Assembly: GCA_965651265.1 (NCBI GenBank)
Contig: CBFGRV010000006.1
Location: 22,595 to 86,594 of the forward strand
Reading direction: 5' to 3'
Length of the DNA stretch: 64,000 bases
Source: an uncultured Rhodothermales bacterium
GTDB lineage: Bacteria; Bacteroidota; Rhodothermia; Rhodothermales; VXPQ01
How positions within the stretch are numbered: position 1 is the first letter of the stretch; every line of letters begins with the position of its first letter. This document shows positions 1 to 10,443 of the stretch, one piece after another. The translations under genes and the position numbers were made by a program. The notes beneath the pieces are model-generated. The model made no database searches. It saw nothing but the letters and a program-made list of their open reading frames with translations, and was not told the DNA's origin.

Positions 1-561
1 CGCCAGCAGCGTGCCGAGCGGGATGCCGATAATCTGACCAACGGCGATGCCGCTCATGACCCAGCCGTTCGCCCATCCGCGACGATGGTACGGAAAATAG
101 TCCCCGACGTAGGCCACGGCCGCACCGCTCAGTGTTCCCCCTGCTGCCCCGGCGATCGCACGCACCGTCAGCAGTGAGAGAAACGTGTCGGCAATGCCGT
201 GGAGCGCCAACGAGACCGACATGAAACCCGTCCCGATCAACAGAATGCGCCGCCGTCCGATCTTGTCGGAGATAGGGCCGGTCAGCAACGCAAAGATGCT
301 CAGCATCACCGCGTACGAGGTGATGAGCGTCCCGAGAAGGGCCTCCGGGACATGGAGCGACTCACCGATCCGAGGCAGGATCGGGGAGATTATGATCACC
401 TGGCTGCTGGCGGAGAAGACCATCAGCCAGAGGGCAAACAGGATGAGGCGGTCGCTGGATCGAATCTGGGACGCAAAAGCTGTAAATGCACGACAAAGCC
501 GCGCGCGTTGAACACATAGGCGTCGGATCAGCCGACACTTCCATATCGAGAGGGCTTTCAT
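1..561 (-). CDS. MFS transporter, N-terminal part (runs off the window edge; start codon uncertain)
   Basis: Manual minus-strand translation gives ...DRLILFALWLMVFSASSQVIIISPILPRIGESL...GPISDKIGRRRILLIG...GDYFPYHRRGWANGWVMSGIAVGQIIGIPLGTLLA, containing MFS motif A (GxxSDKxGRR). In-frame ATG at 561 is preceded by AAGGAA. Not in the ORF track. Confidence 0.85.
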   Translation of the reverse strand, partial: MKALSIWKCRLIRRLCVQRARLCRAFTAFASQIRSSDRLILFALWLMVFSASSQVIIISPILPRIGESLHVPEALLGTLITSYAVMLSIFALLTGPISDKIGRRRILLIGTGFMSVSLALHGIADTFLSLLTVRAIAGAAGGTLSGAAVAYVGDYFPYHRRGWANGWVMSGIAVGQIIGIPLGTLLA

Positions 562-720
562 CGGTTCCTTGCCGGTGCGAACGGTTACGAGTGACGGAGC
601 GCGATGCGCCCTTATTCGATTGTAGCGACGTCAACCTCGACTGACACATAGCTGTCACCGGGCCGCTCTAGTCTTTAATTGAAACGCATTCGGAGCGAGT
701 ACGAGCTGAGACGCAGCTGA

Positions 721-2451
721 ATGAATTACCGGTGGATCCTACGGCCCTATGCACCGGACCCTCTGGTCGAGGAGGTTAGCCGATCGCTCAATGACCTCCC
801 TAAGGCGCTGGCGCGTGCACTCGTCGTGCGCGGGATCGATTCGTTTGAACGAGCGCGGCATTTCTTCCGGCCGTCTCTCGACACCCTGCACGATCCGTTC
901 TCGATGGCCGACATGGACTTGGCCGCGGCCCGCGTGGTGGAAGCGATCGAGCGGAGTGAACAGATCCTCGTTTATGGTGACTATGATGTGGATGGAACGA
1001 CAGCAACCGCGTTGCTCGTCTCTGCCCTCCGCTCGATGGGCGCGAAGGTCTCGTACTTCATTCCTGATCGCTTCGATGACGGATACGGACTGGGAACAAG
1101 CGGCATGGATCGGGCCGCCGCCCGCGGGGCCGATCTGATCGTGGCGGTCGATTGCGGCGTCACATCGATTAAGGAGGCCGCCCATGCGCGAACCCTGGGT
1201 TTGGATCTGATCGTGTGCGATCACCATACCCCTAAAGAGCAGCTCCCGGACTGTGCCGCCGTTCTGGATCCGAAAAGGAACGACTGCGACTATCCGTTCA
1301 AAGAGCTGTGTGGGTGCGCCGTCGCCTTCAAGCTCGTACAAGCCGTCCTCGCAAAGCTGGGCCGCTCGCCGGAGGAGGCGAATCAGTATCTGGATCTCGT
1401 CGCCGTCGCCACCGCAAGCGACATCGTGCCTGCTCAGGGAGAGAATCGCGTCTTGCTCTACTTCGGATTGCAGATGCTGCGGAGCACACGTCGGCCGGGT
1501 CTGCAAAAACTGGCAGAGCTGGCGGGGTTGGATCTCGCCACGGCATCCGCGAGCAATGTCGTGTTCACGATCGGGCCGCGGATCAACGCGGCCGGCCGCC
1601 TGAGCAGCGCCGAGAAAGCCGTCGAACTGCTGCTGGCCGATGACCTTGCCGCGGCCCACCATCTGGCCTCGGAGCTCGAGGGCCTCAACAAACGCCGGCG
1701 CGATCTCGATAGGGCGGTGCTAAAAGATGCCGAAAGCCTGGCCGAGCGTCAAATCACATCCGGTACCCGGCACAGCATCGTCCTCCATCGTGAGGATTGG
1801 CATCTCGGCGTACTTGGCATCGTCGCCAGCCGCCTTGTCGAGCGATTCTACAAGCCCGTCGTCCTCCTGGGCACGAGCAACGGCGTTGCGAAAGGCTCGG
1901 CCCGTTCCATTAATGGCGTCAATGTGTTCGACGCGCTCTGCGAGTGTCGTGACCTCCTCCTGGAATTCGGTGGACACGACTTTGCCGCCGGCATGTCGTT
2001 GGAGCCTGCAAATGTTGATCGATTCCAACGCCGCTTCGATGAAGCTGTCGCGCAGGCCATCACACCCGAGCTTCTGGATCCCGTCCTCCACATCGACGCC
2101 GTCGCCGACATCGACCACATCGATACGCGCTTCTGGGCCGTCTTGAAACAGTTCGCCCCGCATGGACCGATGAACGACCGCCCATTGTTTCAGTCGAACA
2201 GGCTCCGGCTCAGGGGTCGATGTGGAACGATCGGGCGCGACGGCAAGCACGTGAAGTTCGCCGTTGCGAACGGCTCGAACCGCAGTATGGAGGCCGTCGG
2301 CTTTGGTCTCGCTCACCGGCTTCCCCTACTCGAAAAGAGCGCACGAGAAGGCCTGCCGATAGATATCGCCTATAGCGTGCACGAAAACACATGGCGTGGG
2401 ATAAGCCGGCTTCAGCTTCGGGTCGAGGACGTTCGGATCAGCCCGGCGTGA
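721..2451 (+). CDS. recJ: Single-stranded-DNA-specific exonuclease RecJ
   Basis: DHH-family motifs YGDYDVDG, VDCG, DHH, GPRINAAGRL, GSARS, GGHDFAAG; 576 aa. Confidence 0.97.
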   Translation: MNYRWILRPYAPDPLVEEVSRSLNDLPKALARALVVRGIDSFERARHFFRPSLDTLHDPFSMADMDLAAARVVEAIERSEQILVYGDYDVDGTTATALLVSALRSMGAKVSYFIPDRFDDGYGLGTSGMDRAAARGADLIVAVDCGVTSIKEAAHARTLGLDLIVCDHHTPKEQLPDCAAVLDPKRNDCDYPFKELCGCAVAFKLVQAVLAKLGRSPEEANQYLDLVAVATASDIVPAQGENRVLLYFGLQMLRSTRRPGLQKLAELAGLDLATASASNVVFTIGPRINAAGRLSSAEKAVELLLADDLAAAHHLASELEGLNKRRRDLDRAVLKDAESLAERQITSGTRHSIVLHREDWHLGVLGIVASRLVERFYKPVVLLGTSNGVAKGSARSINGVNVFDALCECRDLLLEFGGHDFAAGMSLEPANVDRFQRRFDEAVAQAITPELLDPVLHIDAVADIDHIDTRFWAVLKQFAPHGPMNDRPLFQSNRLRLRGRCGTIGRDGKHVKFAVANGSNRSMEAVGFGLAHRLPLLEKSAREGLPIDIAYSVHENTWRGISRLQLRVEDVRISPA

Positions 2452-3470
2452 TCAGGAGGAGATGCTCTGCCAGGGGCCGGGAGCACGGCTTCGCGAGAGC
2501 CACGGGAAATGTCCGCGCGCTGCATCACAAATTTCGTCCACGAATAGCGCATCTTTGACGGCAGACTCTCCCAGAAGAAGCGGCTTCCGGGAGAAACGGC
2601 GAAGCTCGGCTCGAAATAACAATTGATGGTGCATCCGCGACAGACTTCATGGCGGCCCTCCATCTCGCGGTGCCGAGCAACGGTATCGGACTGCCATAGA
2701 TCGAAAAGCCGGCCCTCGATGGGCAGCCGCTCCAAGCCGTAGTGGTAGCACGGTAGCACGAGCTCATTGAACGGAGAGATCACGACGCAGGTCGACACGG
2801 CGCGACAGACGGGGTCGTCGGGGTCATTGCCGCCTCGACGGCGCAAGGTCAGAAAGGCATTGTTGAGGTAGGTGTAAGGCTTCCGTGCAAACCGCTCCAT
2901 CTGAGCCAGCACCTCATCTCGCAGTCCGGCGCCGAGCTGATTGTACTCGAAGAGCGGATTGATGATGAGAATGAGCCGGTTGGGATAGGAAATGGTCTCG
3001 TAGATCTCCTCGAGGCGGTGGACGTTTTCGTTCGTGACCGTGAAGAGAAGGTCGGGGCGCTCGCCCAGCGAGAGCGCGATATCGATCGACTCCATCAACT
3101 TGTCGAAGCAGCGCACACCCCTCGAGGCATTGTGCTCCTCGGCACGCGAGGAATCGATCGAGAAATGCAGCATATCGATGAGTCCGGCCAGCTCTCGCGC
3201 ACGTTTCGGATACAGAAGCCCGTTCGAAGTCACGGTCGTGATGAAGCCCAACTCCTTTGCGAGCTGGAGCAGCTCGGCAAGATCGGAGTGGAGGAGCGGT
3301 TCGCCCCCGGTGAAGTCCACGATGCGAACCCCCAAACGCTTGAGATCATGCAGATTGCGCCGGGCATCCTCGATGGCGATCATCGGCGACGGCTGCTCCC
3401 AGATATCACAGAAGCCGCATTTCGCGTTACAGCGGTAGGTGACGTAGTAGTTGCAGAGGACGGGCTTCAT
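2412..3470 (-). CDS. Radical SAM protein with C-terminal SPASM/twitch-like Cys cluster, function unknown
   Basis: CNAKCGFC (CxxxCxxC), FTGGEP, and C-terminal CRAVSTC...PC...CRGCTINC; overlaps the recJ 3' end by 40 nt. Confidence 0.9.
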   Translation of the reverse strand: MKPVLCNYYVTYRCNAKCGFCDIWEQPSPMIAIEDARRNLHDLKRLGVRIVDFTGGEPLLHSDLAELLQLAKELGFITTVTSNGLLYPKRARELAGLIDMLHFSIDSSRAEEHNASRGVRCFDKLMESIDIALSLGERPDLLFTVTNENVHRLEEIYETISYPNRLILIINPLFEYNQLGAGLRDEVLAQMERFARKPYTYLNNAFLTLRRRGGNDPDDPVCRAVSTCVVISPFNELVLPCYHYGLERLPIEGRLFDLWQSDTVARHREMEGRHEVCRGCTINCYFEPSFAVSPGSRFFWESLPSKMRYSWTKFVMQRADISRGSREAVLPAPGRASPPDHAGLIRTSSTRS

Positions 3471-3511
3471 GATTCAAAGGTAACCAGCGAGTGGTCGGCG
3501 CTCCAGCGTGT

Positions 3512-5506
3512 TTAGCGCGGTGTTCCGAATTCCACGAGAAGATCGAAGCGAATCGACATGTCGAAGTCGTCTCCGAGCGGATGGTATCGGGCGGTGTCCC
3601 GGAGTAGATTGGCGAGCGTCAGGCGCAAGTGAAGACGTCCAGCCAACAGACGCTTGTAGACGGAGAGATCCATCATCGTAGCCGAGCGAAGGTCGGGCAC
3701 CGCCCCGTCGAGCGAGGCATACTCGAGCCAGGACGCGCCCGATTGCCGGACAATCGAAGCCTCCAGTTCGAAATCAGGAGCGAACGGTCCGTAGATGGAT
3801 AGACCGAATTTTCGGCTCGGAACGGCGCGCCACACATCGTGGAACGGCTCATCGCCGGAGACAACTCCCTGAACGTGCGCGTAGAGTCGTTGGCGTCCGG
3901 GAAGCATCCTGCTGGCATATTCCATCCAGGCTATGGCGAGCGTGCCCTGAGCGTATCTGTAGGTCAGCTCTGTCACAAGCGGGCGTCGATCGCCAAGACT
4001 GATCGATCGATCGTAGATGTAGGTGTCGGCGGCAACGCGAACTCCAACTCCCGCTGCAACCGCGTGGCGCCGGTTGGGCGTCCACGTCCATTCGGCATCT
4101 CCCGTCGCTCGCACGACGATCGCGTCATCGGGCCCCGAAACCTGATCGGGGAATTCCGGGATGCCGGCACCGCGGCGCGCCCAATCGTCGACGATGTTCT
4201 GCTCGTGCGGCAAATCCTCGATGATGGTGACGTAGAAATCGCCGCGATGGAAGCGATCGGGCTGGACGGTGATGCCGGCGTACGCCTTCAGGGCAGAATG
4301 GTCGAGATCGGTTGTGAGCATCCCCCCGCCCTGGTACTCGACCGTCTCCGACATCCGACCAGCAATGGCGGCGTAAAGCGCGCCGGTAAACCGGCCGACT
4401 TCGTCCACCGGAAGGCGATCGAAGCGCGCGGTGCCACCCAGAACGACGACGCGTCGCGTAAGCGTTCGACCGATAGCGGAGTTCAGGGTGAGGCTCCGCC
4501 GATCCCATTGTAGCGGAATGCTTCCGCCGGCGGGATTCTCCGCGTACAAACCCACGACGGAGATCTGATGCCGCAGCGATGTCCGGCGCGTGATATTGTG
4601 CTGGAGGAGCGCAGAGACATTGGCCGCGCGATAGCGCGTCGCGACTTCGGCCGACGCATGCGGGAGGTACGGATACAGTCGACCGGCGGCGGCCAGACCC
4701 ACGATGCGCGCTCCGAAACCGGACCCGTCCCAGGAGGCCGTCACCACCGGAGAAATCATCTCATTCCTGGGTGGGCTGTGCATCGGATCGAGCCGGACCA
4801 CCCGCTGCAGGACGGGCGGCTGCGTCAGATAGTGACGTTGGAAAGCGCCGGCGACGCGGAAGCCGGCTCGCTCGCCGCCGGCTTCCGCCACAGATCGAAA
4901 ATCCGGGCCCTGCGTGTCGACGTTGGGAACGTCGTCGACATAAGCGAACGGACCCGGATCTCCGACCTCACTAGTCGAGGTGATCCCCGCTTCGACGCGA
5001 GCCCCATCAACCACAGGGCGCGTGTGGATGTGGATGGCGCCCCGTCCGGCAAAAGTGCCGAAAATGAGGGCAGGTTTCGCGACGATCTCGATGCGGTCGA
5101 TGGCCTCCACCGGGATGCCAATGAGGTGGAGTGAGCCCGTGTCCAGAAGCCCCAGCTCAACGAGATGGCCGTCCACGTAAACGGCGGGTCCCGGCTCGTG
5201 GAAAGACGATAGCCCATTTAACTGAAATCGATGCCCGAATCCGTCGACGGTGGCGCCTCGGGCGGCCTGCACGTAGCGCAATGCCTCAGCCAGCCGGGTA
5301 ATTCCTTTGCGGCGGAGTTCGTCCCCATCGATCACTTGCTCGGCACCGTATCGCTCGGTCTGCTGCGCGCGGGCGTCTACAGCCAGGAGTGCCGGCGCTA
5401 CCAGCCACATCATGGCGAGCCAGAGCCCGACAGACGGGATCATCGAGTACGTCGGCGGCACCTCCATCCCCAAGATGCTTCTCACCGGAGTAGGGGGCGT
5501 AGCCAA
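3512..5506 (-). CDS. TonB-dependent receptor-like outer-membrane protein
   Basis: Signal peptide, plug-like segment (VIDGDELRRKGITRLAEAL...PAVYVDG...IPVEAIDRIEIV...GAIHIHT), beta-strand-rich body. Confidence 0.75.
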   Translation of the reverse strand: MATPPTPVRSILGMEVPPTYSMIPSVGLWLAMMWLVAPALLAVDARAQQTERYGAEQVIDGDELRRKGITRLAEALRYVQAARGATVDGFGHRFQLNGLSSFHEPGPAVYVDGHLVELGLLDTGSLHLIGIPVEAIDRIEIVAKPALIFGTFAGRGAIHIHTRPVVDGARVEAGITSTSEVGDPGPFAYVDDVPNVDTQGPDFRSVAEAGGERAGFRVAGAFQRHYLTQPPVLQRVVRLDPMHSPPRNEMISPVVTASWDGSGFGARIVGLAAAGRLYPYLPHASAEVATRYRAANVSALLQHNITRRTSLRHQISVVGLYAENPAGGSIPLQWDRRSLTLNSAIGRTLTRRVVVLGGTARFDRLPVDEVGRFTGALYAAIAGRMSETVEYQGGGMLTTDLDHSALKAYAGITVQPDRFHRGDFYVTIIEDLPHEQNIVDDWARRGAGIPEFPDQVSGPDDAIVVRATGDAEWTWTPNRRHAVAAGVGVRVAADTYIYDRSISLGDRRPLVTELTYRYAQGTLAIAWMEYASRMLPGRQRLYAHVQGVVSGDEPFHDVWRAVPSRKFGLSIYGPFAPDFELEASIVRQSGASWLEYASLDGAVPDLRSATMMDLSVYKRLLAGRLHLRLTLANLLRDTARYHPLGDDFDMSIRFDLLVEFGTPR

Positions 5507-6087
5507 TCCGGCGTTTCGAGCACCAGCGCCAATCCACCCGTCACGTGAACGATGTCGATCGGCGTCGACGTGTAGACGCGCAGCATTCCTGTCCGAACCA
5601 TGACTCGCACCTGCCTCGATACCGGGACGCGCGCGCCGATCGAGCCCCCCAGCATGAGCTCACTTTCGCGGCGGGCGTACCCGATGGGCTGCTCGTCGAA
5701 CATCATAAGGTACATTCCGGCGTGGAGGGTACCCTCGACGATCAGTCGATCCACCAGCTCGAGGGAATGGCCCCATCCAAATTGAAGGAGCGTACTCCAG
5801 AAATCAGCCTCCGGCCCTGCTTGAAAGCAGTTTCTAGCTACACCCACGCCAAATTCCAGATCTCCGATGCGTGCCGGAACTCGCAGGTGGGCGCCGGGCG
5901 TCACCCCCGTCGTCCAGTGATCTTGAAATCGGCCCTGGCCCAGGTCCCATCCTGCCGTGGCAGAGACGATCAACCGTGAGTACGGCTCCGTCGAGGCCCT
6001 CTGGGCAACGCTATCCGTGGCGAGGCCAACGGAGCCGGCAAGGAAAGCCAGAGCGGTTAGTGCGGCAATCTGGAGGTGGATCGTCAT
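5482..6087 (-). CDS. Small outer-membrane beta-barrel-like protein
   Basis: Signal peptide then alternating amphipathic strands. Start moved from track TTG 6111 to ATG 6087 because 6111 lies inside a promoter-like motif. Confidence 0.6.
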   Translation of the reverse strand: MTIHLQIAALTALAFLAGSVGLATDSVAQRASTEPYSRLIVSATAGWDLGQGRFQDHWTTGVTPGAHLRVPARIGDLEFGVGVARNCFQAGPEADFWSTLLQFGWGHSLELVDRLIVEGTLHAGMYLMMFDEQPIGYARRESELMLGGSIGARVPVSRQVRVMVRTGMLRVYTSTPIDIVHVTGGLALVLETPDWLRPLLR

Positions 6088-6108
6088 GTCTGCATCGGAA
6101 GGCCTGGA

Positions 6109-6116
6109 CAAAGATA
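6109..6116 (-). promoter_or_regulatory. Bacteroidota-type -7 promoter element TAnnTTTG
   Basis: Minus strand reads TATCTTTG about 22 nt upstream of ATG 6087. Confidence 0.45.
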
Positions 6117-6343
6117 GCAGACCCTCGCCCGGGAATCGATGGAGGAGGGCCGCCGCCTCGTTCGACGCCGCTCAACGCCTTTGGAGCGCGGAGTAGGTAA
6201 TTCTGGACGGTCTTTTCACCATGTCGTCACGACTCCGCCGTGAAACCTTACGAACCTACACGTACCTCAAGCTTTATTTAGGTTTTTGATGCAGTGCGTG
6301 CGCCTGGCCAACTCACGCGGCATTTCCAACAATCAGTTCAGTT

Positions 6344-7831
6344 GTGATGCACGACAAGGCCTTGGACCTTGTGCCCGTTGGCTATTACGTACTGGACGAG
6401 GCGGGCCATGTCGTAGATGTGAGCGCAGCAGGCTCAGAGGTCTTCCGCACGGAGATCGATGACCTCATCGGTCAACATTTTAGTGACCTGGTATTCCCGG
6501 CTGACGTCGCCGAATTCCGCGACTACCTGCAGCGTGTAGCGAAGTCTTGTGCCCGCGAATCCGCTCGTCTCAGGCTCCGCCGAAAGGATGGATCCGTTTT
6601 CCCGGCCGATCTCTTCGGCCTCTCGGAGAAATCAGTAGACGGATCCGCGGAGCGATTCCACGTCTCCGTCATTACGACGGCTGGAGAACTGATCCGCGCC
6701 AAAGAGGAGGCGGAGCAGATGATTCGCCTCAAGAACGCCTTCGTGGCCAACATGAGTCACGAGATCCGCACCCCTCTGACGGGGATCATCGGGTTCGCCA
6801 CCGTGCTCGCCAAAGAGCTGCCCGAGAAGCATCGCGAATTTGCGGAGCTCATCGAGGAGAGCGGCCGAAGGCTTCTGGAGATGCTGAATTCCGTCCTCGA
6901 CCTGGCTAAGCTCGAGTCGAACGAGATGAGGCTCGAGCGGCGGAAGATCGACGTCGCGGCCGAAGCGCGCCGCGTCGTGGCCCTGCTCGCACCCATCGCC
7001 CGCGAGAAGGGCGTCCGGGTGCTCGTCGAGCTCGACGGCGATGATCATTCACCCACCATCCAATCCGACCGCGCCGCACTGAATCGCATCCTCCACAACC
7101 TCATCGGAAACGCCATCAAGTTCACGGATGATGGAGAGGTGACTCTCCGCATTGGCGTAGAGGACGATCTCGTGGTCTGCACCGTGTCGGATACGGGAAT
7201 CGGGATCGATCCGGAGTTCATCCCCCACCTCTTCGATGAGTTTCGGCAGGAGAGCTACGGCACGGATCGGTCGCATCCCGGGTCCGGATTGGGCCTCACC
7301 ATCACGAAGCGGCTCGTCGAGCTGCTCGGCGGCGAGATCGTGGTGTCCAGCCGCAAGGGAGAAGGCTCTACGTTCTGCGTCCGGATTCCACGAGGAGCGG
7401 ACGCTTTCGATGACCCAGGCCTGGATGAACAGGCCTCCGACGATGGCCCAAAGACGGCGGTGTCCACCGGTTCACATCACATCCTTCTCGTGGAGGACAA
7501 CGTGGATACGCAGCACCTGCTCCTGGAGCTGCTGGAGGAGCACTTCGATGTGACCGTCGTCGGCAATGCCAACGACGCCTTCGAAGCTGCGAGCCGAGCT
7601 CAGTTCGATTTCATCCTCATGGACATCCACCTGGGAGAGGGGCCGGATGGCGTCACGCTCCTGAAACAGCTTCGCCGGCTCCCGGAGTATCGCGAGACGC
7701 CGGTAGTGGCGCTGACCGCTTATGCCTTGCCGGGCGACCGCGAGAAGTTTCTCGAGCAGGGGTTCACGGCCTACATGAGCAAGCCGTTCGATGTGGATGA
7801 GCTGCTCGAGTTGGCCCTTCAGCTGGGATGA
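6344..7831 (+). CDS. Hybrid sensor histidine kinase (PAS-HisKA-HATPase-REC)
   Basis: PAS-like N-terminus, H-box MSHEIRTPL, NLIGNAIKFT, DTGIGI, GSGLGL, GEGSTF, receiver ILLVEDN...FILMDIHL...YMSKP. Confidence 0.95.
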   Translation: MMHDKALDLVPVGYYVLDEAGHVVDVSAAGSEVFRTEIDDLIGQHFSDLVFPADVAEFRDYLQRVAKSCARESARLRLRRKDGSVFPADLFGLSEKSVDGSAERFHVSVITTAGELIRAKEEAEQMIRLKNAFVANMSHEIRTPLTGIIGFATVLAKELPEKHREFAELIEESGRRLLEMLNSVLDLAKLESNEMRLERRKIDVAAEARRVVALLAPIAREKGVRVLVELDGDDHSPTIQSDRAALNRILHNLIGNAIKFTDDGEVTLRIGVEDDLVVCTVSDTGIGIDPEFIPHLFDEFRQESYGTDRSHPGSGLGLTITKRLVELLGGEIVVSSRKGEGSTFCVRIPRGADAFDDPGLDEQASDDGPKTAVSTGSHHILLVEDNVDTQHLLLELLEEHFDVTVVGNANDAFEAASRAQFDFILMDIHLGEGPDGVTLLKQLRRLPEYRETPVVALTAYALPGDREKFLEQGFTAYMSKPFDVDELLELALQLG

Positions 7832-7885
7832 TCGCCCTAGTCGGACTAGGCGAATCGCGATTGTCTGAATGGAGAACGGACAGGC

Positions 7886-10291
7886 TTAACCCCCCTCCTC
7901 GTCCTCGCCATCATCCGAGCCATCGGGCGTCTGGATGTCGACATCCTCCAACACTCGCTGAGCTCGGTTGAGCGAATCTGCCGTCTCGACGTCCTCGATA
8001 TCCTCGTACGGTTCCTCCATCTCGTATTCGGATCCATCTTCCTCGAGGTCATCCTCATCGAATGGATCGCCGAGAAGGCTGTCGGACCGTATGCGAAGGG
8101 AATCGCGCACGACCCCGATGGAGTCCAAATACGCCGCATAGCGCATTTCGGCGTCATGATAAGACGTGTCGGGGGGCTGTGGCTCTACCCACCCGGCCGG
8201 GGGGCGGAACCGTGCTTCGGTCGAAAGCACATCGTCGGCGACACGGCGCGCATTCCGGTAAAATTGCCCGACGACCGGCAGCGCCGTGTGCGCGCCTTGC
8301 TGATAGTACCGGCTCTGGAAGTAGATCGAGGGACTTGTGAAGCCCACCCATGACCCCATCACCAGGTTGGGGTGCACCAGGATGAACCAGCCGTCGGCGC
8401 CGTTCTGCGACGTACCCGTCTTCGCAGCCACGTCGCCCCGTACCCCGTACGATCGGATGCGAACTCCCGTGCCGTAGTCCACCACACCGCGCATCATGTC
8501 GAGCACCGAGTAGGCGACGGTCGATGGAATCGCGCTGCGGCTCTCGCCGCTGAACCGAGCGATGACATTTCCCCGTTGATCCTCGATGCGCGTGACGAAG
8601 ATCGGCTCTCTGTAATGGCCATAGTTGGCCAGCGTCCCATAGGCGCCAATCATCTCGAGCAACGATACGGGGCTCGTGCCCAGCCCAAGGGAGGGCACCA
8701 CGTCGAGCTCACTCTGGATGCCCATCCGGCGCGCGTAATCCGCCACCCGGCTCGCGCCGACGCGCTGCACGAGCTGCGCGGTCACCGTGTTCTTGGAGTA
8801 GGCGAGCGCATCTCGCAACGTGATCATTTGCCCTGATGCAGACCCCACATTCCGAGGTGACCACCTTCGCCGGGTGTCCGGATCCACGTAGGTCACGACC
8901 TCATCGCGCACGAGGGACACGGGCGAGAAGCCGCTCCCCAGGGCCGCCGCGTAGACGAACGGCTTGAAGGTCGAACCCGGCTGTCGCTTCGACATCGCCA
9001 CGTGATCGTATTGCACCTCCCCGAAATCGCGCCCCCCGACCCAGGCCACCACGTGGCCGTTCGACGGGTTCATGGCGGCAAAGCCGATTTGCACCTGTCG
9101 AAGTTGGTTCTTCAGGCTGTCGACGAAGGCGGCATCCGCACGAAGTGAATCGATGGCGGCTCCGTCATCGAGTCCCGCATCCGTCATCTCGCGGTAGCGC
9201 ACGGTACGCCGGATCATCGCGTTTACATTCTCGGGATACCCATTCCAGAATCGCTCCACGCCCACCGTTCGGTTCGCGGCATCCTGCAGACGATCCCCGA
9301 CCTCATCGACGGCCGACTGCGCCGCCTCCTGAAGGCGCGAATCGATGGTCGTAAACACGCGCAGACCACCCGTGTACAGGTTGATGTCGTAGCGCTCGGC
9401 CCAATCATCCAGCCACTGCCGGAGGTACTCCGCGAAATGTGGCGCCAACCCTTCCGCACGATTCAGGCGCTTGAAGTTGAGCGTGGAGGGCACGTCCCGC
9501 ATTTCCTCAAACTCCTCGGGCTCGAGGTAGCCGTGCTCGACCATCTTCTCGAGAACCACATTCCGCCGCTCGTGCGACCGTTCCGGATGCCGCACCGGAT
9601 TGTAGTAGGCCGTGCCCTTGAGCATGCCGACCAGCGTCGCCGCGCCTTTCGGGTTGAGTTCCGAGGCGGGCACCTGGAAGTAGGTCTGCGCGGCCGCCTC
9701 GATGCCGAACGCGTTATACATGAAGGGCACGGTGTTCAGGTACATCTCGAGGATGTCGTCTTTGTCGTACATCGACTCGATCCTGACGGCCGTAATCCAT
9801 TCCTTGATCTTCCGGGTCACCATCCAATCGTCGTAGATCCCCGGGAAGGCGTTCCGGGCGAATTGCATCGTGATGGTCGATCCGCCCTGAACGTCGCCGG
9901 CCAGGGTCCGGAAGAAGGAGCCGACCGTCCGCCACAAATCGATTCCGTGGTGCTTGTAAAACCGGTGATCCTCCGTTGCGATGAGCGCCCGGACGACCCA
10001 CGGCGAAATCTCGTCCAGCGTCACCCACCGGCGGTTCTTGTCCTGGTAGGACGTCAGCTCGACCCCGTCGGCCGAGTATACCACCGTGGCCTGCTCGAAA
10101 CGTGACTTCTCCAGCTCGTCCGTCGAGGGCAGCTCGGTCAGCAGCACGATCCAATAGGCCAGCATTCCGACGAGCCCGACACAGACGGTCAACAGGATGA
10201 TGGTAATGGGCCGGGTGCGGCGATCACGAAGCCGCTCCCTGACCCGCTCGATCCGTCCCACCGCCACTTTCTGCCAAGGGTACCCTTCCAT
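7886..10291 (-). CDS. Class A penicillin-binding protein (PBP1A family) with acidic C-terminal tail
   Basis: Transglycosylase motifs ATEDHRFYKHHG, QGGSTITMQ, RKIKE; transpeptidase GSTFK, YSKN, KTGT; single N-terminal TM helix. Confidence 0.95.
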   Translation of the reverse strand: MEGYPWQKVAVGRIERVRERLRDRRTRPITIILLTVCVGLVGMLAYWIVLLTELPSTDELEKSRFEQATVVYSADGVELTSYQDKNRRWVTLDEISPWVVRALIATEDHRFYKHHGIDLWRTVGSFFRTLAGDVQGGSTITMQFARNAFPGIYDDWMVTRKIKEWITAVRIESMYDKDDILEMYLNTVPFMYNAFGIEAAAQTYFQVPASELNPKGAATLVGMLKGTAYYNPVRHPERSHERRNVVLEKMVEHGYLEPEEFEEMRDVPSTLNFKRLNRAEGLAPHFAEYLRQWLDDWAERYDINLYTGGLRVFTTIDSRLQEAAQSAVDEVGDRLQDAANRTVGVERFWNGYPENVNAMIRRTVRYREMTDAGLDDGAAIDSLRADAAFVDSLKNQLRQVQIGFAAMNPSNGHVVAWVGGRDFGEVQYDHVAMSKRQPGSTFKPFVYAAALGSGFSPVSLVRDEVVTYVDPDTRRRWSPRNVGSASGQMITLRDALAYSKNTVTAQLVQRVGASRVADYARRMGIQSELDVVPSLGLGTSPVSLLEMIGAYGTLANYGHYREPIFVTRIEDQRGNVIARFSGESRSAIPSTVAYSVLDMMRGVVDYGTGVRIRSYGVRGDVAAKTGTSQNGADGWFILVHPNLVMGSWVGFTSPSIYFQSRYYQQGAHTALPVVGQFYRNARRVADDVLSTEARFRPPAGWVEPQPPDTSYHDAEMRYAAYLDSIGVVRDSLRIRSDSLLGDPFDEDDLEEDGSEYEMEEPYEDIEDVETADSLNRAQRVLEDVDIQTPDGSDDGEDEEGG

Positions 10292-10443
10292 ATTGCGCTC
10301 TCCATTCGAAAGATCTTCGGTTCAACCCGAGCCCTCCGGGGGAGTTGTTGTGTGGGGTAGGGCTGCGGTGACGTTCTTGGAAACCTTGGAAGGTCGTTGC
10401 GTCGGCCTGCTATATTGCACGCTTCATAACACCGGCCTACACC

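Noticed and set aside
6112-6343. Cobalamin or other riboswitch upstream of the TonB-like receptor genes
   Set aside because: No GGGAA/B12-box or other conserved aptamer pattern seen on the minus strand
7886-8110. Acidic low-complexity tail of PBP1A
   Set aside because: Disordered acidic tails are common in class A PBPs; no discrete repeat or domain
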